Source of the DNA: Candidatus Tayloriibacteriota bacterium
Lineage (GTDB): Bacteria > Patescibacteriota > Minisyncoccia > Phycocordibacterales > HO2-43-120
Direction: 5' to 3'
Assembly: GCA_039934295.1 (NCBI GenBank)
Contig: JBDTMN010000002.1
Coordinates: 26,725 to 90,724, forward strand
DNA: 64,000 nt
Both the position numbers and the translations under genes were made by a program. The notes beneath the pieces are model-generated. The model saw only the letters and a list, made by a program, of their open reading frames with translations, was not told where the DNA came from and did not search any database. Shown one piece after another: positions 19,239-28,053 of this stretch (positions are counted from its first letter, which is position 1; each line of letters starts with the position of its first letter).

Positions 19239-20297
19239 TTATTTTATCGTAAAAGCCTCTACAATTCTAGAGACCTCATCTGCGTCCTTTGCTTCCATCA
19301 AGCGTGCTCGGAGTTCGGCCGCGCCGTCGAAGCCTTGCACATATGCTTTGTAATGTTTCTTCATGATGGCGAAATTTTTCTTTCCATGAAAAAGCTTTTC
19401 AAAAAGCCTGGTGTGCTCAACAAGGGCGCGGAGCTTTTGGGAAAGTGAGATTTCGTTTAAGAAACTTTGTCCCTCGGATGCCTCGGGACGTTTCTGCCCT
19501 TCACCCTGTTCAGGACGTTCCTTTTCTCGAATCTGTTCCAGATTCGAGAAAAGGAACGGATTCCCGAAAATTGCTCGGCCGAGCATCACTCCATCTGCCC
19601 CGCTCTCTTCCGCCTTAGCGAAAGCATCGGCAATTGTCGCAACATCGCCATTGCCGAAAATGAGCGTTTTGGATTTAAGACGATTGCGGATGTCGACTGC
19701 TTCTCGAACGTCCTCCCACCGCGCGGGAACTTTGGACATCTCTTTCCGAGTGCGTGCGTGAAGAGTTATAACTGCGGGCTCTTCGGCGAGAAGCTCTGGA
19801 AGCCATGTCAGAAGCTCATTTTTGTTGTAGCCCAAGCGAGTCTTTATCGATATGGGAATTTTGCTACCTGCAGATTCGAGACCTTCTCTTGCCGCACGAA
19901 CAATGGCTCTCGCAAGCGACGGGTTTTTCATCAGGGCAGCTCCAGCACACTGTTTCTCGATGGCTCTGTCGGGACAGCCCATATTGATATCAAGCCCATC
20001 AAAGCCTAATGTCGCGACTAATTTTGAAGCTTCACGAATCGTGTCAGGGTTGCCCCCAAAAATCTGCGCGACAATCGGCCTCTCTGCTTCAGTGTACATA
20101 AAGTCGAGCAGGAGTTTTTCCCTACCTTCTTTTGGTGCCCGAATAAGCCCGTCAGCAGAGACGAACTCTGTCCACATTACATCCGGTTTCCCGTGCGTTG
20201 CAATAACCCTCCGAAACGCCGCATCGGTAACGTTAGCCATGGGTGCCAAAGCAATTACGGGCTTCTCTAGTTTTTCCCAGAATCCTAAATTTATCAT
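19239..20297 (-). CDS. tRNA-dihydrouridine synthase
   Basis: ALAPMANVTDAAFRRV, INMGCP and a TIM-barrel Dus layout with the C-terminal helical domain. Confidence 0.8.
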   Translation of the reverse strand: MINLGFWEKLEKPVIALAPMANVTDAAFRRVIATHGKPDVMWTEFVSADGLIRAPKEGREKLLLDFMYTEAERPIVAQIFGGNPDTIREASKLVATLGFDGLDINMGCPDRAIEKQCAGAALMKNPSLARAIVRAAREGLESAGSKIPISIKTRLGYNKNELLTWLPELLAEEPAVITLHARTRKEMSKVPARWEDVREAVDIRNRLKSKTLIFGNGDVATIADAFAKAEESGADGVMLGRAIFGNPFLFSNLEQIREKERPEQGEGQKRPEASEGQSFLNEISLSQKLRALVEHTRLFEKLFHGKKNFAIMKKHYKAYVQGFDGAAELRARLMEAKDADEVSRIVEAFTIK

Positions 20298-20359
20298 GAC
20301 TTAGAGAATAGCACGAAAAAACGCCTTGCGAGCATTGGAAAACTATGCTGAGCAAACCT

Positions 20360-21481
20360 TTAATAGATGTCCATTTCTCGGTCGGAAGTTGTCGGTGCAG
20401 GAATATCCGGAAAGGTAAAATTCTCCGCAAGATAATTTACAATGGCGGCAATGTCTGTGTTTCGATCCTCGCTTTTAAGCACTACCACCACCACATTTCT
20501 GTTCACCCCATTTTTTTGCGGAATGTTCCATAGAGATACCGCGGTTCTATCCGCCTCGTCGGTGTAACCATTCTTCCCCCCAAGATAGGAAGGCACTCTC
20601 AAGAAAAGCGCGGAATTTGTCCAGGTGTGAGTCTTAGTAGTGTAAGACGACAACTTCGTAATATCGAAAATAATTTTCTCTTTTTTATAGATAAACTCCG
20701 CGATTTTAAAAAGGTCGAGAGAGGTTGAAGTATTGCGAGGAGAGAGCCCGGACGCGTCGGAAAATGCAGTGTGGGTAGCACCCATCGCGAGCACGGCCTC
20801 ATTCATGGCATCAAGAAATGCCACTCGACCATGGATTCTTGCCAGAGTCTCTGCCGCATCATTTGATGATTCAAATAGAAGAGGGTATAGGAGATCGCCT
20901 ACTCGAATTTTCTCGCCTGACTTAAGCTCGCCTGTCTCGCCATACGTGTCAGTGGCGCTTTTTGGAATCGTTATGATTTCGTCCTGTTTAAGATTCTGGA
21001 GAGAAACATAAGCGGTAACGAGTTTTGTGACAGAAGCTATCGGGAGCACCTCGTCCTTGTTCTTCTCGAGAAAGATTTCCCCCGAATCCAAATCGGCCGC
21101 GACGTATGAGAAGGCGGTCGTTTTCAGTTCGATTTTCTTAGGCAGGCTCTCTTCAATTTTTTTGATAAGATTTTTCTCGTCCGCTCCCGCCACCGCCTCA
21201 TTAGTATCAAAAGTGTCCTGAAGCTCGATGGCGGAAGATTCTGCTCTGTCGGATTCTTTGTTCTCATTTCCTTTCTCCGCGAGAGAAGTAACAGCGGAAG
21301 CTATTCCAGTAACCGCTTCCCTGTCTTCTCCCGAGTTCATCACGTAAGTCCGCCCATGTTCAAAAAAATTCTCATACGCAATTTTTGCTCCCGTAACTGC
21401 CCCCCACGCCAAAGCCCCCCCAAAAAGGAGAGGCGAAAATATCCAAAAAATATAATAAAAAATTGAGCGCTTGGAATACAT
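20360..21481 (-). CDS. D-alanyl-D-alanine carboxypeptidase (serine peptidase S11, PBP5/6-like)
   Basis: SxxK (IASVTK), SxN (FESSNDAAE) and KTG-like (GGKNGYT) motifs. N-terminal TM or signal sequence. Confidence 0.8.
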   Translation of the reverse strand: MYSKRSIFYYIFWIFSPLLFGGALAWGAVTGAKIAYENFFEHGRTYVMNSGEDREAVTGIASAVTSLAEKGNENKESDRAESSAIELQDTFDTNEAVAGADEKNLIKKIEESLPKKIELKTTAFSYVAADLDSGEIFLEKNKDEVLPIASVTKLVTAYVSLQNLKQDEIITIPKSATDTYGETGELKSGEKIRVGDLLYPLLFESSNDAAETLARIHGRVAFLDAMNEAVLAMGATHTAFSDASGLSPRNTSTSLDLFKIAEFIYKKEKIIFDITKLSSYTTKTHTWTNSALFLRVPSYLGGKNGYTDEADRTAVSLWNIPQKNGVNRNVVVVVLKSEDRNTDIAAIVNYLAENFTFPDIPAPTTSDREMDIY

Positions 21482-21495
21482 TTTTAGCGAATATG

Positions 21496-21711
21496 TTTAT
21501 TGGAAGCGGACAGAATACCTCGCGTCCCTCCTGCGACGAGGATGAATGGCCGCAGTGGAATGAGAGCGAGCGCCCGCCCGAACGTAACGTTTCGGTACGG
21601 GCGGGGAGCTCGCTCTTCTTGAACTATGTTTCCCTGATGCCTCGCCTAATACCCTGCCGAGGTACTCCGAGGGGACAGCTTGCTGCGGGGGTAGGACGAG
21701 GCCAAACTTTA
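21496..21711 (+). ncRNA. GC-rich structured repeat element, copy 2
   Basis: Same 5' (ttattggaagcggacag...) and 3' (...taggacgaggccaaactttat) ends and the same central hairpin as copy 1 at 12411. It lies between the ftsQ stop and the DD-carboxypeptidase start. Confidence 0.5.
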
Positions 21712-21746
21712 TTATACTTTAAAAAAGCATTTCCCATACTTACCTT

Positions 21747-22589
21747 TTATTTGAATTTGTAGAAGACCCTGTTGCCAAAGCGCAAATCAATGTAGTCTAT
21801 ATTCGTGGGAGAATTTTTTACATCTTTTTTAAACGAGTCCGACTCGAGAAGTGTCTTGAGGTGCTCGACAGTTTTTGCAAATGCTTCTCTTTCATTTACT
21901 AACACGCGGTTGTTATCCGAAAGAACAACTTCGTACTCCCCTCCACCTTTGGAAAGAAGCCGTGTGGCTGAAATTCTATTGTTTTCAAGTTCCTTAATGA
22001 AGCCGGACACCTTTTGAAAATCAGCTAGAGGAAGATACTGCGACCCGATTGGGTCAGACTCCGCAATAGCTCCGAAGAAACGAAAATAGACATTTTCGGA
22101 AAAAAGAGGAGCTTTCGAAAACACATACCCGGTGTCATCCATGAAAAAGCAATCCGAAACTTTGACCTCCGCAGACATTTTTTCACCGCACCAGAGAAAC
22201 ATCGCCTTTTTTTCAGTCACGGAAATGGCGAGCGCCGAGAGACCGACTCTCTCAATTTTCACCGAATCGATCCGTTTCCACGTATCCTTCATCTTCTCTT
22301 CAATGAGCCTTTTGGGATAGATAAAAATATTTCTTTTGGAAAAAATTTCATAGTAGCTTCCGTCAAGTTCGCCCTCCACGAGAGAAAGAATGTCATCCTC
22401 GGTTACCGCAGAATTGCCCTCAACCGTGATATCCGAAATGGCAACTTGTTGAAGTTTCGAAAGGTATGAAAGCGAGTAAATCAAAAGGGCGCACAGGATA
22501 ATCAGAAATATTATTTTAATCCAAAAAAATTTCCTCTTTTTTTTAGCGTATTTTTTTGACCTTAGTCTGGATCGTTTGAAGATAGACAT
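21747..22589 (-). CDS. ftsQ: Cell division protein FtsQ/DivIB-like (POTRA domain)
   Basis: Basic N-terminus, single TM helix, then VAISDITVEGNSAVTEDDILSL, which is POTRA-like. Confidence 0.65.
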   Translation of the reverse strand: MSIFKRSRLRSKKYAKKKRKFFWIKIIFLIILCALLIYSLSYLSKLQQVAISDITVEGNSAVTEDDILSLVEGELDGSYYEIFSKRNIFIYPKRLIEEKMKDTWKRIDSVKIERVGLSALAISVTEKKAMFLWCGEKMSAEVKVSDCFFMDDTGYVFSKAPLFSENVYFRFFGAIAESDPIGSQYLPLADFQKVSGFIKELENNRISATRLLSKGGGEYEVVLSDNNRVLVNEREAFAKTVEHLKTLLESDSFKKDVKNSPTNIDYIDLRFGNRVFYKFK

Positions 22590-22697
22590 ACAAATGACTT
22601 ATAACTTATCACTGAATAACAAATAGCTGAATGACTCGAAGCAAAAATTCATTTTTGGTTATTCAGTCATAGAGTTTAGAGTCATGAGTTATCTGTA

Positions 22698-23993
22698 TTA
22701 TTTCTGTATCAGCTTTTTGCCGTTCATATAGGGCGTGAGTGCCTCGGGAATTTTAATTGAGCCGTCTTCCTGCTGATAGTTTTCAATAATTACTGCGAGC
22801 ATCCTCCCCATAGCAACAAGCGTTGCATCATTCATGTGTAAGGGTTCGCTCTTGCCGTCCTTTCGCTTCACTTTGGCATTCAATCTTCGAGACTGAAAAC
22901 TTGCCGTCAAATCAGCAGAATGTGTTTCGCGATAGTTGTTTTCCCCCGGCATCCACGTCTCGATATCAATCTGGCGATAGTCGGGAAAAGCCATGTCGCC
23001 AGTGCAGACAGCAACAACACGGTACGGCAGTTTGAGAGAACGCAAAATATATTCCTGGATAGCGACGAGAAAATCCTGTTCAGCGAGAGAATGTTCCGGC
23101 AGGCAAAACGTTTCCATTTCGAGTTTGTCGAACTGGTGCTGGCGCAAGATGCCCTTTGTGTCCTTGCCTGCAGCTCCCGCTTCTCTCCGAAATGCCGATG
23201 AATAGCCCGCGAGGCGTATGGGCAAATCCTGCTCATTCACTGTTGCGTCCATGTACATTGGTCCCAAAGTGTGCTCTGCGCTCCCCACCAGCATCAGGTC
23301 ATCATTCGGAAAAAGGTAATGTTCCTCGGGCGTCAAAAAGCGCGCCATTCTGTTTTGGACCGCAGGCTTCACAAAAACGGGCGGAAGAACCGGAGTGAAT
23401 GCCGTGACGACAACCGAAAGTTTGGCATCTTTGGCAATCTCCTCTAACTTCGCTTTATCGGTGAGCACCCCGAGACAAAACTGCAAAAGTCCGAACTGGA
23501 GTAGAACCGCGTCACCTTTTAGGTATGCAAAACGAGAACCGGATACAGTGCCCGCGGTTTCCGTATCAATTATCCCTAAGGCGACGCCAAGCTCGTGATG
23601 GTCCTTCGGAGTAAAAGCGAATTGTGGTTTCTCTCCCCATTGCCTCACGACTTTGTTTTGGCTTGCATCAGCGCCTACTGGAGTATCCACCGAGGGAATA
23701 TTCGGAATTTTGAGCATTAATGCAAGATATTTTTTGTCCACATCGGCAAACTCCGCCTCAACGGATTCCACTTCCCTTTTGAGCGCAAGACCCTTTTCGA
23801 TATCGCGAAAACGCGCGGCCTCGTTACGCTTTTGGTTTATTTCATCAATCTTCTGCCTTTTAGCTTTCCGGTCTGCATACAATTGCAGCAATTGGTCAAG
23901 ATCCACTTCACGATTCTTGTTTTTGATCGCGGAAGCGACAATATCTTTGTTTTCTTGGATGAATTTAATGTCTAACATAATAGTGCGATACAA
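22698..23993 (-). CDS. serS: Serine--tRNA ligase
   Basis: N-terminal coiled-coil arm (MLDIKFIQENKD...) and class II core motifs. 431 aa. Confidence 0.9.
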   Translation of the reverse strand: MYRTIMLDIKFIQENKDIVASAIKNKNREVDLDQLLQLYADRKAKRQKIDEINQKRNEAARFRDIEKGLALKREVESVEAEFADVDKKYLALMLKIPNIPSVDTPVGADASQNKVVRQWGEKPQFAFTPKDHHELGVALGIIDTETAGTVSGSRFAYLKGDAVLLQFGLLQFCLGVLTDKAKLEEIAKDAKLSVVVTAFTPVLPPVFVKPAVQNRMARFLTPEEHYLFPNDDLMLVGSAEHTLGPMYMDATVNEQDLPIRLAGYSSAFRREAGAAGKDTKGILRQHQFDKLEMETFCLPEHSLAEQDFLVAIQEYILRSLKLPYRVVAVCTGDMAFPDYRQIDIETWMPGENNYRETHSADLTASFQSRRLNAKVKRKDGKSEPLHMNDATLVAMGRMLAVIIENYQQEDGSIKIPEALTPYMNGKKLIQK

Positions 23994-24039
23994 ATCATCG
24001 AATGCACGCGAATCTACGAATAAAAATCTTTATTCGTTT

Positions 24040-24074
24040 CATTCGCTGACTTATTCGTATATTCGCATCGTGCT
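24040..24074 (+). promoter_or_regulatory. 35-nt conserved intergenic element with iterated ATTCG motifs (copy 1 of 3)
   Basis: cattcgctgacttattcgtatattcgcatcgtgct recurs at 41712-41746 (same orientation) and 25777-25812 (inverted). This copy sits in the divergent serS/dprA promoter region. Confidence 0.45.
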
Positions 24075-24107
24075 TGATTTTCTAAATCATAACAGAATTG
24101 CTACAAT

Positions 24108-24983
24108 TTGGGAATGGAACACCCAATATTCGAACTTGCTCCCGATCATTTTCCGCCACTTTTGAAAGAAATTCCCGACCCTCCAAAAAAACTTTATGTG
24201 AGAGGGGCGCTTCCCGATTGGAATTCGCTCAAATTTCTCACCGTTGTGGGCTCACGAAAGTTCACAAACTACGGCCGAGAAGCCTGCGAAAAGCTCATTT
24301 GGGGACTCCGAGGATACCCCGTTGCAATAGTCTCCGGACTGGCCCTCGGCATGGACGCGATCGCCCACCAGACTGCGCTCGAAGCGGGACTCACCACTCT
24401 TGCTTTCCCCGGTTCCGGCCTTGACCCGAAAGTTTTGTACCCCGCGACGAATTCCAGGCTCGCCCAGGACATTTTAGAATCGGGCGGAGCATTGCTATCA
24501 GAATTTGAGCCCAATTTCAAAGCGACCCCCTACAGTTTTCCCCGCCGAAACAGGCTCATGGCAGGAATGTCAAACGCAGTTCTCATCGTCGAAGCGGAAA
24601 TAAAATCCGGCACATTAATCACCTCAAAGTTCGCCACGGAATACAACCGCGACGTGTTCACTATTCCCGGATCTATTTTTTCCAAAAATTCAGAAGGCCC
24701 CCACATGCTACTTCGCCTCGGCGCCACTCCCATTACAAAGGAAGCCGACCTCCTTGAAGCGCTCGGATTTTCAGATGAAAACAAAGAGCAATCTTTGGAA
24801 TTAAAATACAAGGACTGCTCGAGTGATGAGCTTAAAGTTATCGAAATTTTGCGAGAGCCCCTGAGCCGGGAAGACCTGCTCGCAACTCTTGCGATGCCGA
24901 TTCACAAGGCAAACACCCTTCTCTCTGTGATGGAAATCAAGGAGATGATTAAGGAGACGATGGGAGAGATGAGACTCATGTAA
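24108..24983 (+). CDS. dprA: DNA processing protein DprA
   Basis: VVGSRKFTNYGREA...VSGLALGMDAIAHQ...GSGLDPKVLYP...RNRLMAGMS are the DprA Rossmann-domain signatures. Confidence 0.9.
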   Translation: MGMEHPIFELAPDHFPPLLKEIPDPPKKLYVRGALPDWNSLKFLTVVGSRKFTNYGREACEKLIWGLRGYPVAIVSGLALGMDAIAHQTALEAGLTTLAFPGSGLDPKVLYPATNSRLAQDILESGGALLSEFEPNFKATPYSFPRRNRLMAGMSNAVLIVEAEIKSGTLITSKFATEYNRDVFTIPGSIFSKNSEGPHMLLRLGATPITKEADLLEALGFSDENKEQSLELKYKDCSSDELKVIEILREPLSREDLLATLAMPIHKANTLLSVMEIKEMIKETMGEMRLM

Positions 24984-25082
24984 TACGTAACTTATAACCC
25001 ATAACTGAATGACAGAATAACCAGAACAAAATTTAGATTTTTGTTATGAGTTATTCAGTTATTAGTTATTCAGTCATCAGTC

Positions 25083-25775
25083 CTACCACCCCTTCTTCTT
25101 CAACCCATTCTCGGCCGCTTTTTGTTCCGCTTCCTGTTTTGACTTTCCATCGCCACTTGCAATCAGAGCGTCGCGCAAGTAAACGCCGACTGTAAAAAAC
25201 TTGTCGTGGTCTGGACCGAGCTCTTTCGATACTTTGTACATGGGTGTGATTCCCTCAATCTCCTGGGATTTTTCCTGAAAAAGACTCTTCGCGTCAATCC
25301 ATGTTCCCTTGACCACGATATCATCGATATGGGGGGTAATATATTTGTTGATAAAATTTTCCGCCTCCTTATATCCCTGATCCAAAAATATCGCGCCGAT
25401 CAAGGCCTCCATCGTATTCGCTAAGATAATCTGTCTTGCTTTGCCCTTATCTTTGCTCTCGCCTTTCGAAAGAAGGAGAAAGTCGTCCATGTTGAGCTCT
25501 ACTGCGATGGAAGAAAGAATAATGGCGTTTACCAAAGCCGAGCGGTAGGAGGTAAGGTCGCCTTCGTTTTTGTTTGGGTATTTCTTATACAAATAAACCG
25601 TAGAAACAAGCTCCAGAACTGCGTCTCCCAGAAATTCCAGCCGTTCATTATGCTCCAGAGTCATCCTCTTGTTTTCATTGATGAAAGAGCGATGAGTAAA
25701 AGCCTGCTTCAAAAGGCCCTTGTTTTTAAAAGAGACTCCTATTTTTTTTTCAAATTGTTCGAAATCCATATACAC
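25083..25775 (-). CDS. rnc: Ribonuclease III
   Basis: RNase III signature ERLEFLGDAVLELV plus a C-terminal dsRBD. Confidence 0.9.
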   Translation of the reverse strand: MYMDFEQFEKKIGVSFKNKGLLKQAFTHRSFINENKRMTLEHNERLEFLGDAVLELVSTVYLYKKYPNKNEGDLTSYRSALVNAIILSSIAVELNMDDFLLLSKGESKDKGKARQIILANTMEALIGAIFLDQGYKEAENFINKYITPHIDDIVVKGTWIDAKSLFQEKSQEIEGITPMYKVSKELGPDHDKFFTVGVYLRDALIASGDGKSKQEAEQKAAENGLKKKGW

Positions 25776-25776
25776 G

Positions 25777-25812
25777 ATGCGAATTTACGAATAAATCAGC
25801 GAATGCTACGAA
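25777..25812 (-). promoter_or_regulatory. 35-nt ATTCG-iterated element, inverted copy, abutting the rnc start
   Basis: cacgatgcgaatttacgaataaatcagcgaatg is the reverse complement of the 24040 element with 3 mismatches. Confidence 0.4.
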
Positions 25813-25869
25813 TAAATGATTCAACTTCTTCCATTTGTTGATTCGCATGCATTTGTAGATTGGCATCGC

Positions 25870-26766
25870 TTATTTTTTTAGTAAAATACTGACTGCCTTC
25901 GTCACAATCGGCAAAATGTCGTTATATAGGTTAAGCTCGATGATCTCGTCAATTTTAAACCATCGGGCGTCGTTGAGACCCCCCGACTCCCCAAGAGTAA
26001 TCGGCGTATACTTCGATTCTCCCAGAAAATAGTGGACCTCTTTTCTGATTTTGCCTTTCTCGGGGTCCGATGCGATATATTCATTCTTGCCCAAATCTTC
26101 TTTTATCTCAATGTCGAGGCTGAGCTCTTCTTTAATCTCTCGTATTGTCCCCAATTTTACGTCTTCATCCCCTTCGAGCTTGCCTTTGGAAAGGGTCCAA
26201 TGTCCGAAAATATCGTGGACAAAAGCAAGATAGATGGTTTTTTTGCTTTTAGCGAAAACAACAGCCCCGCCCAATTTGATTATCGTCATGTCCTCGTAAG
26301 CGATTTCGGGACGAATTTTCTTCTTTGAAACCTCATCTTTCCCCGGCTCCCCCATTTCCTTATACACAGAGCCGAGCACGCCGTTTACAAATTTGCCACT
26401 ATTTTCTCCGCCAAATTTTTTTGCGAGCTCAATTGCCTCATTAATTGCAACTTTGGCAGGCACTTCAGCTCGGTCCGAAAACAGTAGCTCAAAAAGCCCG
26501 ATGCGAAGGACATTGCGATCCACGTATGAAATTTTGGCGATCGGCCATTCGGGAGCGGCTTTTTCGATTACCTGATCCAAATCTGCTCTCTTTTTTAATA
26601 TATCTTTTGCAAGCGAGACCACGAAAGACAAATCACCGATGCCTGGAGCGAATTCCTTGGCATTTCTCGCTAATATCTCATCAATATCGCTCTCTTTTCT
26701 TTGGGCAAAATCCCACTCGAAGAGCGATTGGAGAACTATTGATCTTGAAAGGTGCCTGTTGGCCAT
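25870..26766 (-). CDS. nusB: NusB transcription antitermination factor fused to a C-terminal NUDIX hydrolase domain
   Basis: The N-terminal 140 aa has a NusB fold pattern (RSIVLQSLFEWDF...NEAIELAKKFGGE). The C-terminal 150 aa carries the Nudix box GKLEGDEDVKLGTIREIKEELSLDI. Confidence 0.75.
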   Translation of the reverse strand: MANRHLSRSIVLQSLFEWDFAQRKESDIDEILARNAKEFAPGIGDLSFVVSLAKDILKKRADLDQVIEKAAPEWPIAKISYVDRNVLRIGLFELLFSDRAEVPAKVAINEAIELAKKFGGENSGKFVNGVLGSVYKEMGEPGKDEVSKKKIRPEIAYEDMTIIKLGGAVVFAKSKKTIYLAFVHDIFGHWTLSKGKLEGDEDVKLGTIREIKEELSLDIEIKEDLGKNEYIASDPEKGKIRKEVHYFLGESKYTPITLGESGGLNDARWFKIDEIIELNLYNDILPIVTKAVSILLKK

Positions 26767-26784
26767 TTTACATAGAACATGTAA

Positions 26785-26850
26785 CGCGTAACATATAACA
26801 TTTAAGATCGTATCCTCTTGTGTTACAAGTTGCGTGTTGCGTGTTGTGTG
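26785..26850. repeat. Heptanucleotide GTAAC-core tandem arrays in inverted pair (downstream of rpmF, upstream of nusB)
   Basis: gtaacgc gtaacat ataacat ... then gttacaa gttgcgt gttgcgt gttgtgt. The two arms can form an imperfect long hairpin. Confidence 0.55.
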
Positions 26851-26852
26851 TT

Positions 26853-27101
26853 CTACTTCTTGGGTTCTACCCCCAATGCTTTATTCTTGTCTTTCATCCT
26901 TTGTTCTTTTCTTGCGGTTTTTGCTTCCATATCGATGATCTGCACGCCTCGGTATTTTCCACAGTTCGCGCAAACACGGTGGCGAAGATGCAATTGTCCG
27001 CAATCCTTACACGTCGAAAGACGCGGCTCCCCGAGCGCGTGGTGGCTACGGCGATTTGCCGTGTGAGATCGCGTGTGCCTCATTCGAACTACCATGGGCA
27101 A
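26853..27101 (-). CDS. rpmF: 50S ribosomal protein L32
   Basis: RMRHTRSHTANRRSHHAL...C..C...LRHRVCANCGKYRG matches the bL32 zinc-ribbon pattern. Confidence 0.8.
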   Translation of the reverse strand: MPMVVRMRHTRSHTANRRSHHALGEPRLSTCKDCGQLHLRHRVCANCGKYRGVQIIDMEAKTARKEQRMKDKNKALGVEPKK

Positions 27102-27127
27102 TAGTATACCTAAGTAGGAAGAAAAGG

Positions 27128-27225
27128 CAAGAATGTGTAACGCAAAACGTGTAACGTATAACGCCTGAAAAAATATCCCTTTTTCTTCCGTTACACGTTA
27201 TACGCTACACGCTACACATTTTTCA
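27128..27225. repeat. Inverted pair of heptamer (GTAACR-like) arrays upstream of rpmF forming a long imperfect hairpin
   Basis: Left arm tgtgtaacgcaaaacgtgtaacgtataacg, right arm cgttacacgttatacgctacacgctacaca, separated by a 25-nt loop. Confidence 0.55.
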
Positions 27226-27844
27226 GAAAGCTCCTCCTATGTATCTTAGAGAGACCCCATTTTCGCAGGAGCTTATAGTGCTCTTTCGTGCCATATCCTT
27301 TATGACTCTCAAAAGCGTAGTTCTCATATTTCTTCGACAAACGAACCATAATCCTGTCTCGGGACACTTTTGCCACAATCGAAGCGAGACCGATTATTTT
27401 GATTTTTTCGTCTCCCCTTACAATCGTCTTCTGATTTGTAAATTCTTTTGGCGCCTTGAGTCCGCCGTCAAGGAGAACTTCGCACTCGCAGGGATTTACT
27501 TCGAGCTTGTCGAGACATCTTTTGACCGCAACCTTGATGGCTTTCGAAAGCCCTATCGTATCCAAAACATTCGGAGCAATATGCGATATCGAAAAATCAA
27601 GCGCCCCATTTTTTCTCTCCCGCATTATTTTCTTAAACCATTCCTCGCGCCTCAAGGGAGAAAGTTTTTTTGAATCTTTTGAACCTCGAAATTGAAAAAA
27701 CTTCTCTGATGCCGGCGCTTTAAGAGCGCAGAACGTCAAAGGTCCAGCGATAGGACCACGCCCTACTTCATCGATGCCTATTATATACTTCGAGACCATT
27801 GAAAATGCGTGGCAAGCACTAGACAAAAAAGAAGAAAATCGCAA
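27212..27844 (-). CDS. rnhB: Ribonuclease HII
   Basis: IIGIDEVGRGPIAGPL catalytic motif. The true start is probably the internal Met near 27799. Confidence 0.85.
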   Translation of the reverse strand: MRFSSFLSSACHAFSMVSKYIIGIDEVGRGPIAGPLTFCALKAPASEKFFQFRGSKDSKKLSPLRREEWFKKIMRERKNGALDFSISHIAPNVLDTIGLSKAIKVAVKRCLDKLEVNPCECEVLLDGGLKAPKEFTNQKTIVRGDEKIKIIGLASIVAKVSRDRIMVRLSKKYENYAFESHKGYGTKEHYKLLRKWGLSKIHRRSFLKNV

Positions 27845-28053
27845 TCGCCAAAATAAAGTTCACAACCACAACTGTGAGCAAGATGCCTTTAGCCTGACTT
27901 TCTTCTTTGATGATTCCTTTTTTAAGAAGCCACGCAGTCATAGGAGGCACCTGGTTTGAGGGGTAAGACTGCGCTCCATTATTTTCATCGAATTCTACGT
28001 TTGACATAAAAAATGTAAATAGCGATTAATAATCTATTTTACCACTCTGGTTC

